The notes: generated by a model from the sequence alone, not told the origin. DNA of 64,000 nucleotides from Candidatus Hydrogenedentota bacterium (GCA_046583315.1 JAYGCN010000288.1:1-64000); one strand, 5' to 3'; shown: positions 40,701-48,721, counted from the first letter of the stretch. Numbers and translations are program-made.

Positions 40701-41759
40701 CTCGCATTTTCTTCCGGTAAACCTTCCGAAGCATTCGGGGATCGCTACAAGATTTTTGACGAAGGACGCATCATTGCGCGCCTTCCACGCCCACCGTTCC
40801 AATTTCTCGATCGCATTATGGAAGTCAACGCGGAGCAGTGGGTGATGAAAGCAGGCGGTACCATCGTTTCCGAATACGACGTGCCGTCGGACGAATGGTA
40901 TTTCGACGCGAACCGTCAAGAACTCATGCCTTTCAGTGTTCTGCTCGAAATCGCGCTGCAACCCTGTGGATGGCTCGCGGCGTATATCGGCTCGGCACTC
41001 ACCAGCGATGTCGATCTGCATTTCCGAAATCTGGGCGGGAAAGCTACCCATGTGATGCCCGTAGGCCGCGATGTCGGGACGCTTGGCGTACATGTGAAGT
41101 GTACCGGCGTATCCAGTTCAGGCGGTATGATCATCCAGCACTACGACTATGAAGTGAAAGCGGGCGCACAGACTGTTTATATCGGCAACACCTATTTCGG
41201 TTACTTCTCCGACGAAGCCCTTGCCAATCAGGTCGGTTTCACCAACGTGCAGCTTCACGAACCCACCGAAGCCGAGCGCACCGTAACAAAACCTTTCGAC
41301 TATCCGAAAACCGGCTCCTATCCCGACGAGCAGATGCGCATGATCGACACGATTGAAATTTTTGATCCACTGGGCGGCGACAATGGACTCGGATTTATTC
41401 GCGGAACGCTCGACGTGAATCCGGATGCGTGGTTCTTTAAGGCCCACTTCTATCAGGATCCCGTATGCCCCGGCTCACTTGGACTCGAATCCTTCTTGCA
41501 ACTGGTCAACCATGTCGCCATCGAACGTTGGGCGGTCACAGAAACGCCGCGCATCGAAGCCTTACTTTCAGGATGCGAACACGAATGGGGCTACCGCGGC
41601 CAGGTCATCCCAAAAGACAAACGTGTCACCGTCGAAGCCACCATCACCGGCTCCGACGACGCTACCCAAACGCTTACCGCCGAAGGTTTCTTGTGTGTCG
41701 ATGGGCGCATCATCTATCAAATGAAACGATTCTCCGTGCAATTGAAACCGGGTACCTGA
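34749..41759 (+). CDS. pfaC: Fused PfaB/PfaC-type subunit: KS-CLF-AT-FabA-like dehydratase domains
   Basis: KS DAACSSS/ECHATGT; second KS-like domain lacking the Cys (SSEENSS); AT GYSLG; FabA-type WFLTCHFVDDRVMPG and WFFKAHFYQDPVCPG. Confidence 0.93.
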   Translation: MPDKSPIAIVGIGGIFPGASDLDGFWQNVVQGKDSAREVDDDRWILSKDDAFAEAKATPDKVYSTRGCLIDAIPKLPAHGLEISPELVAELDPAVQLLLAAGHQAFYDARVADVDRSRVGVMIGNLALPSESSSTITREFFGRILEEKVLGQSTLHNPSKTSPMNRYVAGLPAGVLANALGLGGGSFTLDAACSSSLYALKLAIDELQSGRADAMLTGGLSRPDCLYTQMGFSQLHALSPTGTCSPFDQNGNGLVVGEGCGILLLKRLDDAQRDGDTIHAVIRGIGLSNDVGGSLLAPMTDGQLRAMHEAYENAGLRPQDMDHVECHATGTPLGDATEVRSLKALWGGDHWQPEQCVLGSVKSNIGHLLTAAGSAAIIKTILAMKHRTLPPTANFKQPNPEMELSKSPFAVLSESKTWEKRDKQTPRRAAVSAFGFGGINAHVILEEWDPEFNLSQSRSVTPIEIDSASEEPVAIAVVGMDASFGQWDTLRAFQERVLGGRNEDEPTTPSGWWGIEQSAWYRLQGLNHTPFKGFYSDTVEIPRDMFRIPPKELEEMLPQQLLMLKVAARALIDSGLNPKEAASGIHDKTNERTGVFIGIGMDLNATNFSFRWSLANKAKEWARQLGLSLSPDELDDWIESLRDAFIPPLSANRTMGALGSVVASRIAREFRIGGPSYTISSEENSSARAIEVAVRALQSGSLDQAVAGGVDLNGDMRSVLTSHQERAYSPSGTCRPFDAQADGSLVGEGAAAVVLKRLDDAVRDGDRVYAVIKGIGTASGGGVESSTPTESAYTDALKRAYADAQVEIDSVGLIEASGSGSPDEDYIESRALSRSFKENDDGRCMVTSAKADIGHAGAASGIASLVKTCLSLYQEILPPLRGIDDLREEFQPSGHRLFCSKKPQYWLRNSDQGPLRAGVSSFGFDGNCTHMVLESFEYKNEPHIQTERLQPLGSRAEGLFFVEANNVQALEIGLGRLRAFIERDPEAPVEILARRWWHDNREDNGKALAVAFVARNGSELVTQIDFAKPGLRESAEKGYGLSSRQHVPPHVRDRVFFNANPLGAQGKVAFVYPGSGNQYLRMGQDLSVQWPEIFREQSQDNATLKSQFQPDVFWNSESATALNENHKATLFGQVALGTAVSDLIFSFGVKADAVLGYSLGEMAGFFSLKAWTQRDEMHRRIEESTLFTEDLAGEYKAARKLWKVPSNTTVDWALGVIDRPAKVVRAALTDHKKVYNLIVNTLHECVVGGDPHAVEKLVKKLDCEFFPLQGVTTVHCEVAEEVQEPYRELHVLPTTQPRDVQFYSGAWGTAYNLTSDSAADSVLAQALYGIDYPKVVEAAYDDGARIFIEMGPGGSCSRMIGEILGDRPYVARTVCKQGQEITTTVLRTLGQLIAERVPVDLSVLYGQETTIADPALDTHDMPMLRVHTGGDPIQVVMPHRETTSEPIDATPIYEEPEPAPASATPAPEFEVPVFAAPAPVAVGTTDPAMQQWLDTEEVKVQAHETYLRFAQQTTKALEETIAYQLSLTQALMTGAEIIATEVATTPAPPAAPPPPSRSAYTGSSVAMTREQCMEYAIGSIGASMGQEWREIDSHPTRVRLPDEPLMLVDRIISFHGDARSMTNGRVVTEHDILPNAWYLDCGRIPTCIAVEAGQADLVLSAYLGIDFETKGLAMYRLLDADVTFHRSLPGPGETIHFDIRIERFFQQGDTYLFKFNYDATVNGESFLTMRNGCAGFFTREELDAGQGVVKTELDLRPMPGVRPDDWRDLVPMRQESYSDAQVTALRGGDYVACFGDAFSGIGLNNPAGLPDGKMCLVERITDVEPGGGRFGLGLIRGEMDIHPDDWFLTCHFVDDRVMPGTLMYECSLHTMRIYLMRMGWVGEADSVVYEPVPGVTGKLKCRGEVNESSDRVIYEITIKELGYNPSPYAIADTMMYVDGKPAVEMNDLSIQMTGWTRESLETMWERGIQGIMQPRQSLFDYESILAFSSGKPSEAFGDRYKIFDEGRIIARLPRPPFQFLDRIMEVNAEQWVMKAGGTIVSEYDVPSDEWYFDANRQELMPFSVLLEIALQPCGWLAAYIGSALTSDVDLHFRNLGGKATHVMPVGRDVGTLGVHVKCTGVSSSGGMIIQHYDYEVKAGAQTVYIGNTYFGYFSDEALANQVGFTNVQLHEPTEAERTVTKPFDYPKTGSYPDEQMRMIDTIEIFDPLGGDNGLGFIRGTLDVNPDAWFFKAHFYQDPVCPGSLGLESFLQLVNHVAIERWAVTETPRIEALLSGCEHEWGYRGQVIPKDKRVTVEATITGSDDATQTLTAEGFLCVDGRIIYQMKRFSVQLKPGT

Positions 41760-41775
41760 GGATGCATGGGGGAAT

Positions 41776-42819
41776 ATGAAGTATTCACGCGTATATATTG
41801 AAGCATTGGGTTATGAACTCGCCCCGGATGTGGTTACTTCTGACGAGCTCGAAGAACGTCTTGCGCCGTTGTATACCTCTAAGCGTATGTCGGTCGGACA
41901 GTTACAAGCACTCACCGGTATTCGCGAGCGTCGCTGGTGGGATGAAGGCTATACCCTGACCGAGGGCGCGACCGCTGCGGCCCAGTATGCGTTGAATCAA
42001 TCGAAGGTGGAGCCTGAAGACATTGGCACCTTCATCTACGCAGGCGTGAACCGTGAGAATTTTGAACCCGCGACCGCGTGCCACGTGGCTTCGGCACTCG
42101 GAATCAAAGGCAACACTCACATTTACGACATCAGCAATGCGTGCCTCGGCGTGTTGAACGGCATCTTCGACATCGCCAACCAGATCGAGCTCGGGCAAAT
42201 TCGCGCGGGCATGGTCGTATCCTGCGAAACGGCCCGCGAAATCAACGACATCATGATTCAACGTATGCTTGAAGATACCAGCATCGAATTTTTCTCTACG
42301 GCCATGGCCACATTGACCGGAGGATCGGGTGCGGCGGCCGTTTTACTCACGGACGGTTCTTTCGACGCCAAAGACGCGCACAGACTGTTGGGCGGTGTAT
42401 CGCTGTCCGCGCCGGAGCATCATGGCCTGTGTTTCTGGGGACTTGCTCCGGAATCGGGACAGGACGTTCGGCAGTTGATGTACACCGATGCGGTCAACGT
42501 ACTGAAATACGGCGTCCATCTTGGCGCGGACACGTGGAATGCACTGTGCGCAGAACTGGATTGGACCAGCGCCTCGGTCGACAAAGTCATCTGCCATCAA
42601 GTGGGTAAGGCCAATCGCGAAATCATCTTGAATACCATCGGCGTACCTGAAGAAAAGGATTTTTCTACCTTTGAATACCTCGGTAACATTGGTACGGTAT
42701 CCGTTCCGCTCACTGCCGCGCTCGCCGATGAACGGGGATTCCTTGAACCAGGTGATACGGTCGCGTTCCTGGGCATCGGTAGCGGACTGAATTGCATGAT
42801 GCTCGGTCTCGAATGGTAA
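41776..42819 (+). CDS. oleA: OleA, thiolase/FabH-like head-to-head acyl condensing enzyme
   Basis: TGIRERRWW, ENFEPATA, DISNACLG, CHQVG and GIGSGLNC motifs; operon context. Confidence 0.9.
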   Translation: MKYSRVYIEALGYELAPDVVTSDELEERLAPLYTSKRMSVGQLQALTGIRERRWWDEGYTLTEGATAAAQYALNQSKVEPEDIGTFIYAGVNRENFEPATACHVASALGIKGNTHIYDISNACLGVLNGIFDIANQIELGQIRAGMVVSCETAREINDIMIQRMLEDTSIEFFSTAMATLTGGSGAAAVLLTDGSFDAKDAHRLLGGVSLSAPEHHGLCFWGLAPESGQDVRQLMYTDAVNVLKYGVHLGADTWNALCAELDWTSASVDKVICHQVGKANREIILNTIGVPEEKDFSTFEYLGNIGTVSVPLTAALADERGFLEPGDTVAFLGIGSGLNCMMLGLEW

Positions 42820-42846
42820 TTCGGACAACTCCAGACGGAAAACTAC

Positions 42847-43734
42847 ATGGCCTTTGACATATCCAACGAAATATATCCCTATACCGGGAAATTCCTCGAC
42901 CGTGACGGACTGAAATACCATTACCTCGACGAGGGTGATGGCGATCCGGTCGTCATGGTACATGGCAATCCGAGCTGGTCCATTTACTATCGTAATCTCG
43001 TGAACGCGTTAAAGGATGACTATCGTTGCATCGTACCCGACCACATCGGTTGCGGCCTCTCGGACAAACCCGGCGATGATAAGTATGACTACACTCTTGA
43101 GTCTCGCGTTGCAGACCTCGAAGCATTGCTCAACTCGCTCGGTATTGTCGACAATATCACACTCGTCGTGCATGATTGGGGCGGCATGATCGGCATGGTC
43201 TATGCCACGCGCCACCCCGAATGCATCAAACGTCTCGTGGTGCTCAATACATCGGCCTTTCATCTGCCGAAATCGAAACCACTCCCGCTCGGACTCTGGA
43301 TATGCCGCAACACCCTGCTCGGCACCTTCCTCGTTCGCGGTTTCAACGCGTTTAGTGCCGGAGCGGCGTACGTGGGATGCAAACGCAACCCCATGTCAGG
43401 CGACCTCAAGCGGGCCTACTGCGCACCCTACAATTCCTGGGCCAACCGCATTGCAACCCTCCGCTTTGTACAGGACATCCCGTTGCATCCCGGCGACAAG
43501 GCATACAAACTGGTGACCTCCGTTGAGAGTAATATAGATAAACTCGCCAAGGTGCCGCTACTCATCTGCTGGGGCCTCAAAGACTTCGTGTTCGACAAAC
43601 ACTTCCTCGCCGAGTGGGAGAAACATTGTCCGCAGGCAGAAATATATCGCTTCGAAGACTGTGGCCACTACATTCTCGAAGACGCGCAGGATGAAGTGAT
43701 TCCGCTGATCGAAACATTCATGGGCAAGACCTGA
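42847..43734 (+). CDS. oleB: OleB, alpha/beta-hydrolase beta-lactone decarboxylase
   Basis: VHGNPSWS, PDHIGCGLSDKP, HDWGG, RFVQDIP and GHYILED motifs. Confidence 0.9.
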   Translation: MAFDISNEIYPYTGKFLDRDGLKYHYLDEGDGDPVVMVHGNPSWSIYYRNLVNALKDDYRCIVPDHIGCGLSDKPGDDKYDYTLESRVADLEALLNSLGIVDNITLVVHDWGGMIGMVYATRHPECIKRLVVLNTSAFHLPKSKPLPLGLWICRNTLLGTFLVRGFNAFSAGAAYVGCKRNPMSGDLKRAYCAPYNSWANRIATLRFVQDIPLHPGDKAYKLVTSVESNIDKLAKVPLLICWGLKDFVFDKHFLAEWEKHCPQAEIYRFEDCGHYILEDAQDEVIPLIETFMGKT

Positions 43735-43741
43735 CGCGGTC

Positions 43742-45391
43742 ATGGCAGATTCCTCCGCAAATATCGCCGCGCATCTCCCTATCATGGCTGCCGCACAGCC
43801 GGACGCGCTTGCCGTTGTGGTGCAGAAGTATGCCTCGAAACATCCGACGTATCTTTATGATGAGATGACTGCAGCGCGTCTTGAAGAAGAGAGCAATCGC
43901 GTTGCGCATGGGCTTCGGCGACTTGGAATCTCCGAGGGCACGCGCACGGTGCTGATGGTCAAGCCGAGTATCGAATTTTTTGTGCTGACCTTTGCGTTGT
44001 TCAAGGTTGGAGCAATTCCTGTCATGGTTGATCCGGGCATGGGCATCAAGAATCTCAAGACTTGCCTCGCCGAAGCAGAACCCGAAGCGTTTATTGGCAT
44101 TCCCAAGGCGCATGTCGCTCGTCTTTTGTTCGGATGGGGCCGTGAGTCGATTCGCATCAACGTGACCGTCGGTCATCGACTCTTCTGGGGCGGCGAAACC
44201 TATACGGGCATTCGTTCGGAGTCATCTGAACCCGTCATGGCATCCGTCGATGCTGACGCGATGGCGGCCGTCCTCTTCACCAGCGGCAGCACGGGGATTC
44301 CCAAGGGGGTGGTCTATACGCACGCTCTTTTCAACGCTCAGGTCGACTCGTTACGCGACAATTACGGTATCGAGCCCGGTGAGCGCGATCTGGCGACCTT
44401 CCCGTTGTTTGCACTGTTCGGTCCTGCGCTCGGCATGGCGTCGATCGTGCCGGATATGGACGCGAGCAAACCGATCACAGCCGATCCTGCGAATCTTTTC
44501 GCCGCGATGCACGACTACGACACGACCAACCTCTTCGCGTCGCCTGCATTGATCGAAAAAATTGGACGATATGGCGAATCCTGCAACATGCCGATACCCT
44601 CATTGCGACGCGTCATCTCAGCCGGAGCTCCAGCGGATCCGGATTCCCTTGCCAGATGTGCGACGTTGTTGCGTGACGGTGTGTCAATCATTCCATCGTA
44701 TGGCGCCACCGAGGCATTACCCGTCGCGTCGATCGCCCATCAGGAACTTATCGCGGAAACGAAAATCAGAACCGAAGAAGGAAACGGCCTCTGCATCGGT
44801 CGCGCGAACGGCGGACTTGACGTGCGCATCATCCGAATCGATGATGAAGCGATCGAAACATGGAACGATTCTCTCGAAGTTGAACCCGGCGTCATCGGAG
44901 AAATTTGCGTTTCCGGACCCATCGTCACAGGCGAGTATTTCGAACGGCCTGAATCGACCAAACTCGCCAAGATAGTTGTCCTCGATTCCGATACATTCTA
45001 TCACCGCATGGGCGACCTTGGACATCTCGACGATCAGGGCCGTATCTGGTTCTGTGGACGCAAGGCGCATCGGGTTGTTTGCGGCGGCACGACCTATTTC
45101 ACCATCCCCGTCGAACGCGTCTATAACGTGCATCCCGATGTTCGCCGTACGGCGCTGGTCGGCATCGACAGTGGGGGAGAGACGATTCCGGTGTTGTGTG
45201 TGGAGCTAAAAGAGAATGTAGACTCCCAATGCTTTGACGAGATTGTTGCAGACTTGAATCGGATCACGGAGAAATACGATCATACGCGCGGAATCACGAC
45301 TTTTTTGCGGCATGACGGCTTCCCGATGGATGTGCGGCATAACGCGAAGATATTCCGCGAAAAACTGGCTATATGGGCGGGGAAAAACTGA
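43742..45391 (+). CDS. oleC: OleC, AMP-forming beta-lactone synthetase
   Basis: FTSGSTGIPKG, YGATEALP, HRMGDLG, WFCGRKAHRV and DVRHNAKIFRE motifs. Confidence 0.9.
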   Translation: MADSSANIAAHLPIMAAAQPDALAVVVQKYASKHPTYLYDEMTAARLEEESNRVAHGLRRLGISEGTRTVLMVKPSIEFFVLTFALFKVGAIPVMVDPGMGIKNLKTCLAEAEPEAFIGIPKAHVARLLFGWGRESIRINVTVGHRLFWGGETYTGIRSESSEPVMASVDADAMAAVLFTSGSTGIPKGVVYTHALFNAQVDSLRDNYGIEPGERDLATFPLFALFGPALGMASIVPDMDASKPITADPANLFAAMHDYDTTNLFASPALIEKIGRYGESCNMPIPSLRRVISAGAPADPDSLARCATLLRDGVSIIPSYGATEALPVASIAHQELIAETKIRTEEGNGLCIGRANGGLDVRIIRIDDEAIETWNDSLEVEPGVIGEICVSGPIVTGEYFERPESTKLAKIVVLDSDTFYHRMGDLGHLDDQGRIWFCGRKAHRVVCGGTTYFTIPVERVYNVHPDVRRTALVGIDSGGETIPVLCVELKENVDSQCFDEIVADLNRITEKYDHTRGITTFLRHDGFPMDVRHNAKIFREKLAIWAGKN

Positions 45392-45392
45392 A

Positions 45393-46394
45393 ATGAGAGT
45401 ATTGGTCACAGGTGGCGGCGGGTTTCTCGGGAAAGCACTCGTGCGCAAGCTTCTCTCGCAAGGTCATAGTGTGCGCAGTTTTTCGCGTGGCGATTATCCT
45501 GAACTTCGCGAGCTGGGCGTGGAAACAATCAGCGGTGATCTTTCTGACTACAAAGCCGTGCATGAGGCCGTGCGTGACTGTGAACTTGTGTATCACGTTG
45601 GCGCGAAGGCTGGGGTTTGGGGAAGGTATGACGATTATTACGCAACCAACGTTATGGGCACGCAGAATATTATCGAAGCGTGTCTTGCGCAGGATGTTGA
45701 GTATCTTGTCAATACGAGTTCGCCGAGCGTTATCTTCGACGGACACGATCAGGAAGGCAACGACGAGTCCACGCCGTATCCGAAGAAGTACCTCGCATAT
45801 TATCCGCAGACCAAAGCTCTTGCTGAACAGGCGGTGACACAGGCGAACAGCGATCAACTCAAGACCGTATCGTTGCGGCCGCATTTGATTTGGGGACCGG
45901 AGGATACGCAACTCATTCCGCGACTCGTCGAACAAGGGCGCGCCGGAAAATTGCGGCTCATCGGCTCCGGCACGAAACGCATCGATGCGGTGTACATTGA
46001 TAACGCGGTGGATGCCCACATTAATGCGGCGACTCAACTGATGCACGGGGGCAAGTGCGCGGGCAAGACGTATTTCATCACCAATGACGATCCGTGGCCC
46101 TTTGAACAGATCGTGAACGGCATATTGGAGGCCGCGGGGGTTGCCCCGGTTACTCGGCATGTATCGCCTTCCCTCGCTTATACGGCAGGCGGGTTGCTGG
46201 AGTGCGTGTATCGGATTACAGGCAAGACCGATGAGCCGCGCATGACCCGTTTCGTGGCGCGTCAATTGGCGACGGCACATTGGTACGACATTGCTGCGGC
46301 CAAGGATGACCTCGGATATTCTCCGGCCGTCAGCATGGAAGAGGGTCTCGCGCAACTCAAGCAATGGTTTGAACAAAAGGAAGAGGTCTCATGA
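45393..46394 (+). CDS. oleD: OleD, 2-alkyl-3-oxoalkanoate reductase (extended SDR)
   Basis: VTGGGGFLG, AKAGVWG, TSSPSV, YPQTK and LRPHLIWGP motifs. Confidence 0.9.
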   Translation: MRVLVTGGGGFLGKALVRKLLSQGHSVRSFSRGDYPELRELGVETISGDLSDYKAVHEAVRDCELVYHVGAKAGVWGRYDDYYATNVMGTQNIIEACLAQDVEYLVNTSSPSVIFDGHDQEGNDESTPYPKKYLAYYPQTKALAEQAVTQANSDQLKTVSLRPHLIWGPEDTQLIPRLVEQGRAGKLRLIGSGTKRIDAVYIDNAVDAHINAATQLMHGGKCAGKTYFITNDDPWPFEQIVNGILEAAGVAPVTRHVSPSLAYTAGGLLECVYRITGKTDEPRMTRFVARQLATAHWYDIAAAKDDLGYSPAVSMEEGLAQLKQWFEQKEEVS

Positions 46395-47089
46395 GTGAAT
46401 CCCAGTTCGAAACGCTGGCCCAGTTGCTCGGGCATCTGTTCAAGGCGCATCCCTGGCACGGCATTCCCATTGGGGACAAGTCGCCGGCCATCGTGAATGC
46501 GTACATCGAGATTGTGCCGAGCGATACGGTCAAGTTTGAAGTCGATAAAGCGACCGGACACTTGCGCCTTGATCGTCCGCAACGGTATTCGAATGTGAAC
46601 CCGACGCTTTACGGTCTTGTTCCGCAGACCTATTGCGGCGAAAAGGTTGCTGCGTTGTGCAACGATGCTATGCAACGCACCGATATCGTCGGCGATGGCG
46701 ATCCGCTGGACATTTGCGTTCTGAGCGAAAAGACTTTTAGCCACGGCGATTTTCTGATGGAGGCGGTACCCATCGGCGGGATTCGAATGATCGACGGCTA
46801 CGAGGCGGATGACAAAATTATCGCGGTCATGGTGGATGATGCGTCCTTCGGGGACTGGAAAGATCTCACTGAGTGTCCGCAATCCGTCATTGATCGACTG
46901 ACCCACTATTTCCTCACCTACAAAGATGCTCCGGGTGATACCCACCGGGAAGTCGAGATTGCGGCCTTCTACGGCGCGTACGTTGCCAAAGATATCATCA
47001 AGCGTAGCGTCGAAGATTATCAGGCGAAATTCCCGGACCCCCAGGAACTCCTCAATTCCCTCTCTAAAGTTGGTACAAGAGAAAAATGA
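46391..47089 (+). CDS. ppa: Family I inorganic pyrophosphatase
   Basis: HPWHG, KFEVDK, LDRPQ, GDGDPLDI and DDKII motifs; ATGA overlap with the oleD stop. Confidence 0.93.
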   Translation: MSESQFETLAQLLGHLFKAHPWHGIPIGDKSPAIVNAYIEIVPSDTVKFEVDKATGHLRLDRPQRYSNVNPTLYGLVPQTYCGEKVAALCNDAMQRTDIVGDGDPLDICVLSEKTFSHGDFLMEAVPIGGIRMIDGYEADDKIIAVMVDDASFGDWKDLTECPQSVIDRLTHYFLTYKDAPGDTHREVEIAAFYGAYVAKDIIKRSVEDYQAKFPDPQELLNSLSKVGTREK

Positions 47090-47127
47090 AAGCGATTTTG
47101 TTCTCAATCTTTCACCGCGCTACAGTG

Positions 47128-47213
47128 GTTCAACTCCTTCGGAGTTCCGATGGCGGGATCTTTTTACTCCGGGTATCACCAAGACTATTCATCATGAAGC
47201 GCTTCAGGCTTCC
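47128..47213. repeat. Degenerate REP/REPIN-like palindromic element
   Basis: GTTCAACTCC-TTC-GGAGTT hairpin, CTCCGGGTATCACC core and TGAAGCGCTTCA palindrome in an intergenic region. Confidence 0.4.
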
Positions 47214-47410
47214 GGGACCCCTCGTTGGTGGATCGACCTCCTTTATGTTATTGCATATTGGTTGCGTGCTACGAAAGTGGGAGCTGGGATACAATAGGGT
47301 GTTGCGCGTAACTCGCTCTAATTGTTGAGTTTAAGGTTGTTTATTGTTTACATATCTGGGAAATGAAGAGCTTTTCCTTGCCTGCTTTATTTTCTCGAAA
47401 GGAAAGTAGG

Positions 47411-47444
47411 TTGACAAATCAGTATAATCAGATTATATTGATTT
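47411..47444 (+). promoter_or_regulatory. Sigma70 promoter overlapped by a 14-1-14 inverted-repeat operator
   Basis: TTGACA (47411), 17 bp spacer, TATATT (47434); AAATCAGTATAATC-A-GATTATATTGATTT (47416-47444), arms match at 13/14. Confidence 0.75.
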
Positions 47445-47476
47445 TAGTTTAGTTGCTGAATATTTGGAGAAACGAT

Positions 47477-47734
47477 ATGTCTGACGATACTACGGGTTGC
47501 TCAACCAATGGGGCGGGATTCAATGTGGATGCGATTGTGTCCGTGGATGAACGCGGGCAGATGGTTTTGCCCAAAGAATTGCGATCCAGGGCGAATATAC
47601 AGCCCGGCGACAAGTTTGCGCTGATCAGCTGGGAGAAGGATGGGGAGGTCTGTTGCATGTCGCTGGTGAAAACTGATGCATTGTCGAATATGGTCAAAGA
47701 TTTTTTAGGGCCGATGATGTCCGAGCTTTCCTGA
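47477..47734 (+). CDS. AbrB/MazE/SpoVT-fold protein of the HgcAB-associated (HgcC-like) type
   Basis: VSVDERGQMVLPKELR...PGDKFALISWEKDGEVCC; GGAG RBS. Confidence 0.85.
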   Translation: MSDDTTGCSTNGAGFNVDAIVSVDERGQMVLPKELRSRANIQPGDKFALISWEKDGEVCCMSLVKTDALSNMVKDFLGPMMSELS

Positions 47735-47767
47735 ACGTAAACCCAAGCTCAGAAGAAGGATACGAAT

Positions 47768-48616
47768 ATGAGTGATGCGGATGTGAAAGAACAAGTACGT
47801 GCACGATACGGCGCACTGGCGAGTAAAGACAGTGGTGGATGCTGCGGGTCGTCGGTCGCGCAGGAGCCGGTGAGTTCGTGTTGTGGTGGCGAAACGACTC
47901 AGGAAAAGATGAGTAAATCTGTGGGTTACAGTGAAGAGGAACTCTCTTCACTGCCGGAGGGCGCGAATCTTGGTGTGGGATGCGGCAATCCGTTGGCCTT
48001 TTCTGCCGTGAAAGAAGGCGATACCGTGGTAGACCTTGGTTCGGGTGCGGGCATCGATTGTTTCCTCGCAGCGAAACGGGTGGGTGACTCAGGTCAAGTG
48101 ATTGGCATCGACATGACCCCCGAAATGCTTGCGAAAGCGCGGGCGAATGCAGAACATGCTGGATACGCCAATGTTGAATTTCGTGAAGGTGAGATTGAAG
48201 CGCTGCCTATTGAGGATAATTCGGTCGATGTGATTATTTCGAACTGCGTGATCAACTTGTCGCCGGATAAAGAAAAGGTGTTCTCCGAAATGCATCGTGT
48301 GTTGAAGCCTGGCGGAAAGTTTTTCGTGTCGGACATCGTATTGCGTCACGAGTTGCCCGAAACGATTCGCAGTTCTGCGGCAGCCTACTCGGCATGCGTG
48401 GCGGGTGCGTTGTTGAAAGATGACTACGTGGGAATTCCTGAGTCGTTGGGGTTCAATGGCATCGACGTGATGAGCGAGGCGACTTATCCGATTGATATTC
48501 TGACTGCCGATCCGACGGTGTCGAGTTTGAAGTCACAACTCAAGGAGGTGAGCGAGGAAGATTTCGATCGTGCGGCTACGGCTTTGGTGAGCATTAAGTT
48601 GACGGGAGAGAAGTAA
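47768..48616 (+). CDS. arsM: Arsenite S-adenosylmethionine methyltransferase
   Basis: N-terminal CC pairs; GVGCGNP, VDLGSGAGID, IISNCVINL and SACVAGA motifs. Confidence 0.92.
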   Translation: MSDADVKEQVRARYGALASKDSGGCCGSSVAQEPVSSCCGGETTQEKMSKSVGYSEEELSSLPEGANLGVGCGNPLAFSAVKEGDTVVDLGSGAGIDCFLAAKRVGDSGQVIGIDMTPEMLAKARANAEHAGYANVEFREGEIEALPIEDNSVDVIISNCVINLSPDKEKVFSEMHRVLKPGGKFFVSDIVLRHELPETIRSSAAAYSACVAGALLKDDYVGIPESLGFNGIDVMSEATYPIDILTADPTVSSLKSQLKEVSEEDFDRAATALVSIKLTGEK

Positions 48617-48670
48617 CGGAAGGGATTTTCAGGTAAATTGGGGCGATTATTGGGATTAAGCTGTGTTTTA

Positions 48671-48710
48671 GCCCTGACCGAGTGTCTTCGGGCAGGGCCC
48701 CCCTTTTTTT
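48671..48710 (+). terminator. Probable intrinsic terminator after arsM
   Basis: GCCCTG...CAGGGC stem followed by CCCC and TTTTTTT. Confidence 0.55.
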
Positions 48711-48721
48711 CGTGATCCGTG

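Noticed and set aside
47086..47328. 80 aa ORF overlapping the ppa stop
   Set aside because: No recognisable motif and it runs through the palindromic repeat; probably spurious
47477..48616. Mercury methylation locus
   Set aside because: No hgcA cap-helix motif or hgcB ferredoxin is seen in the window; only the associated small gene is present
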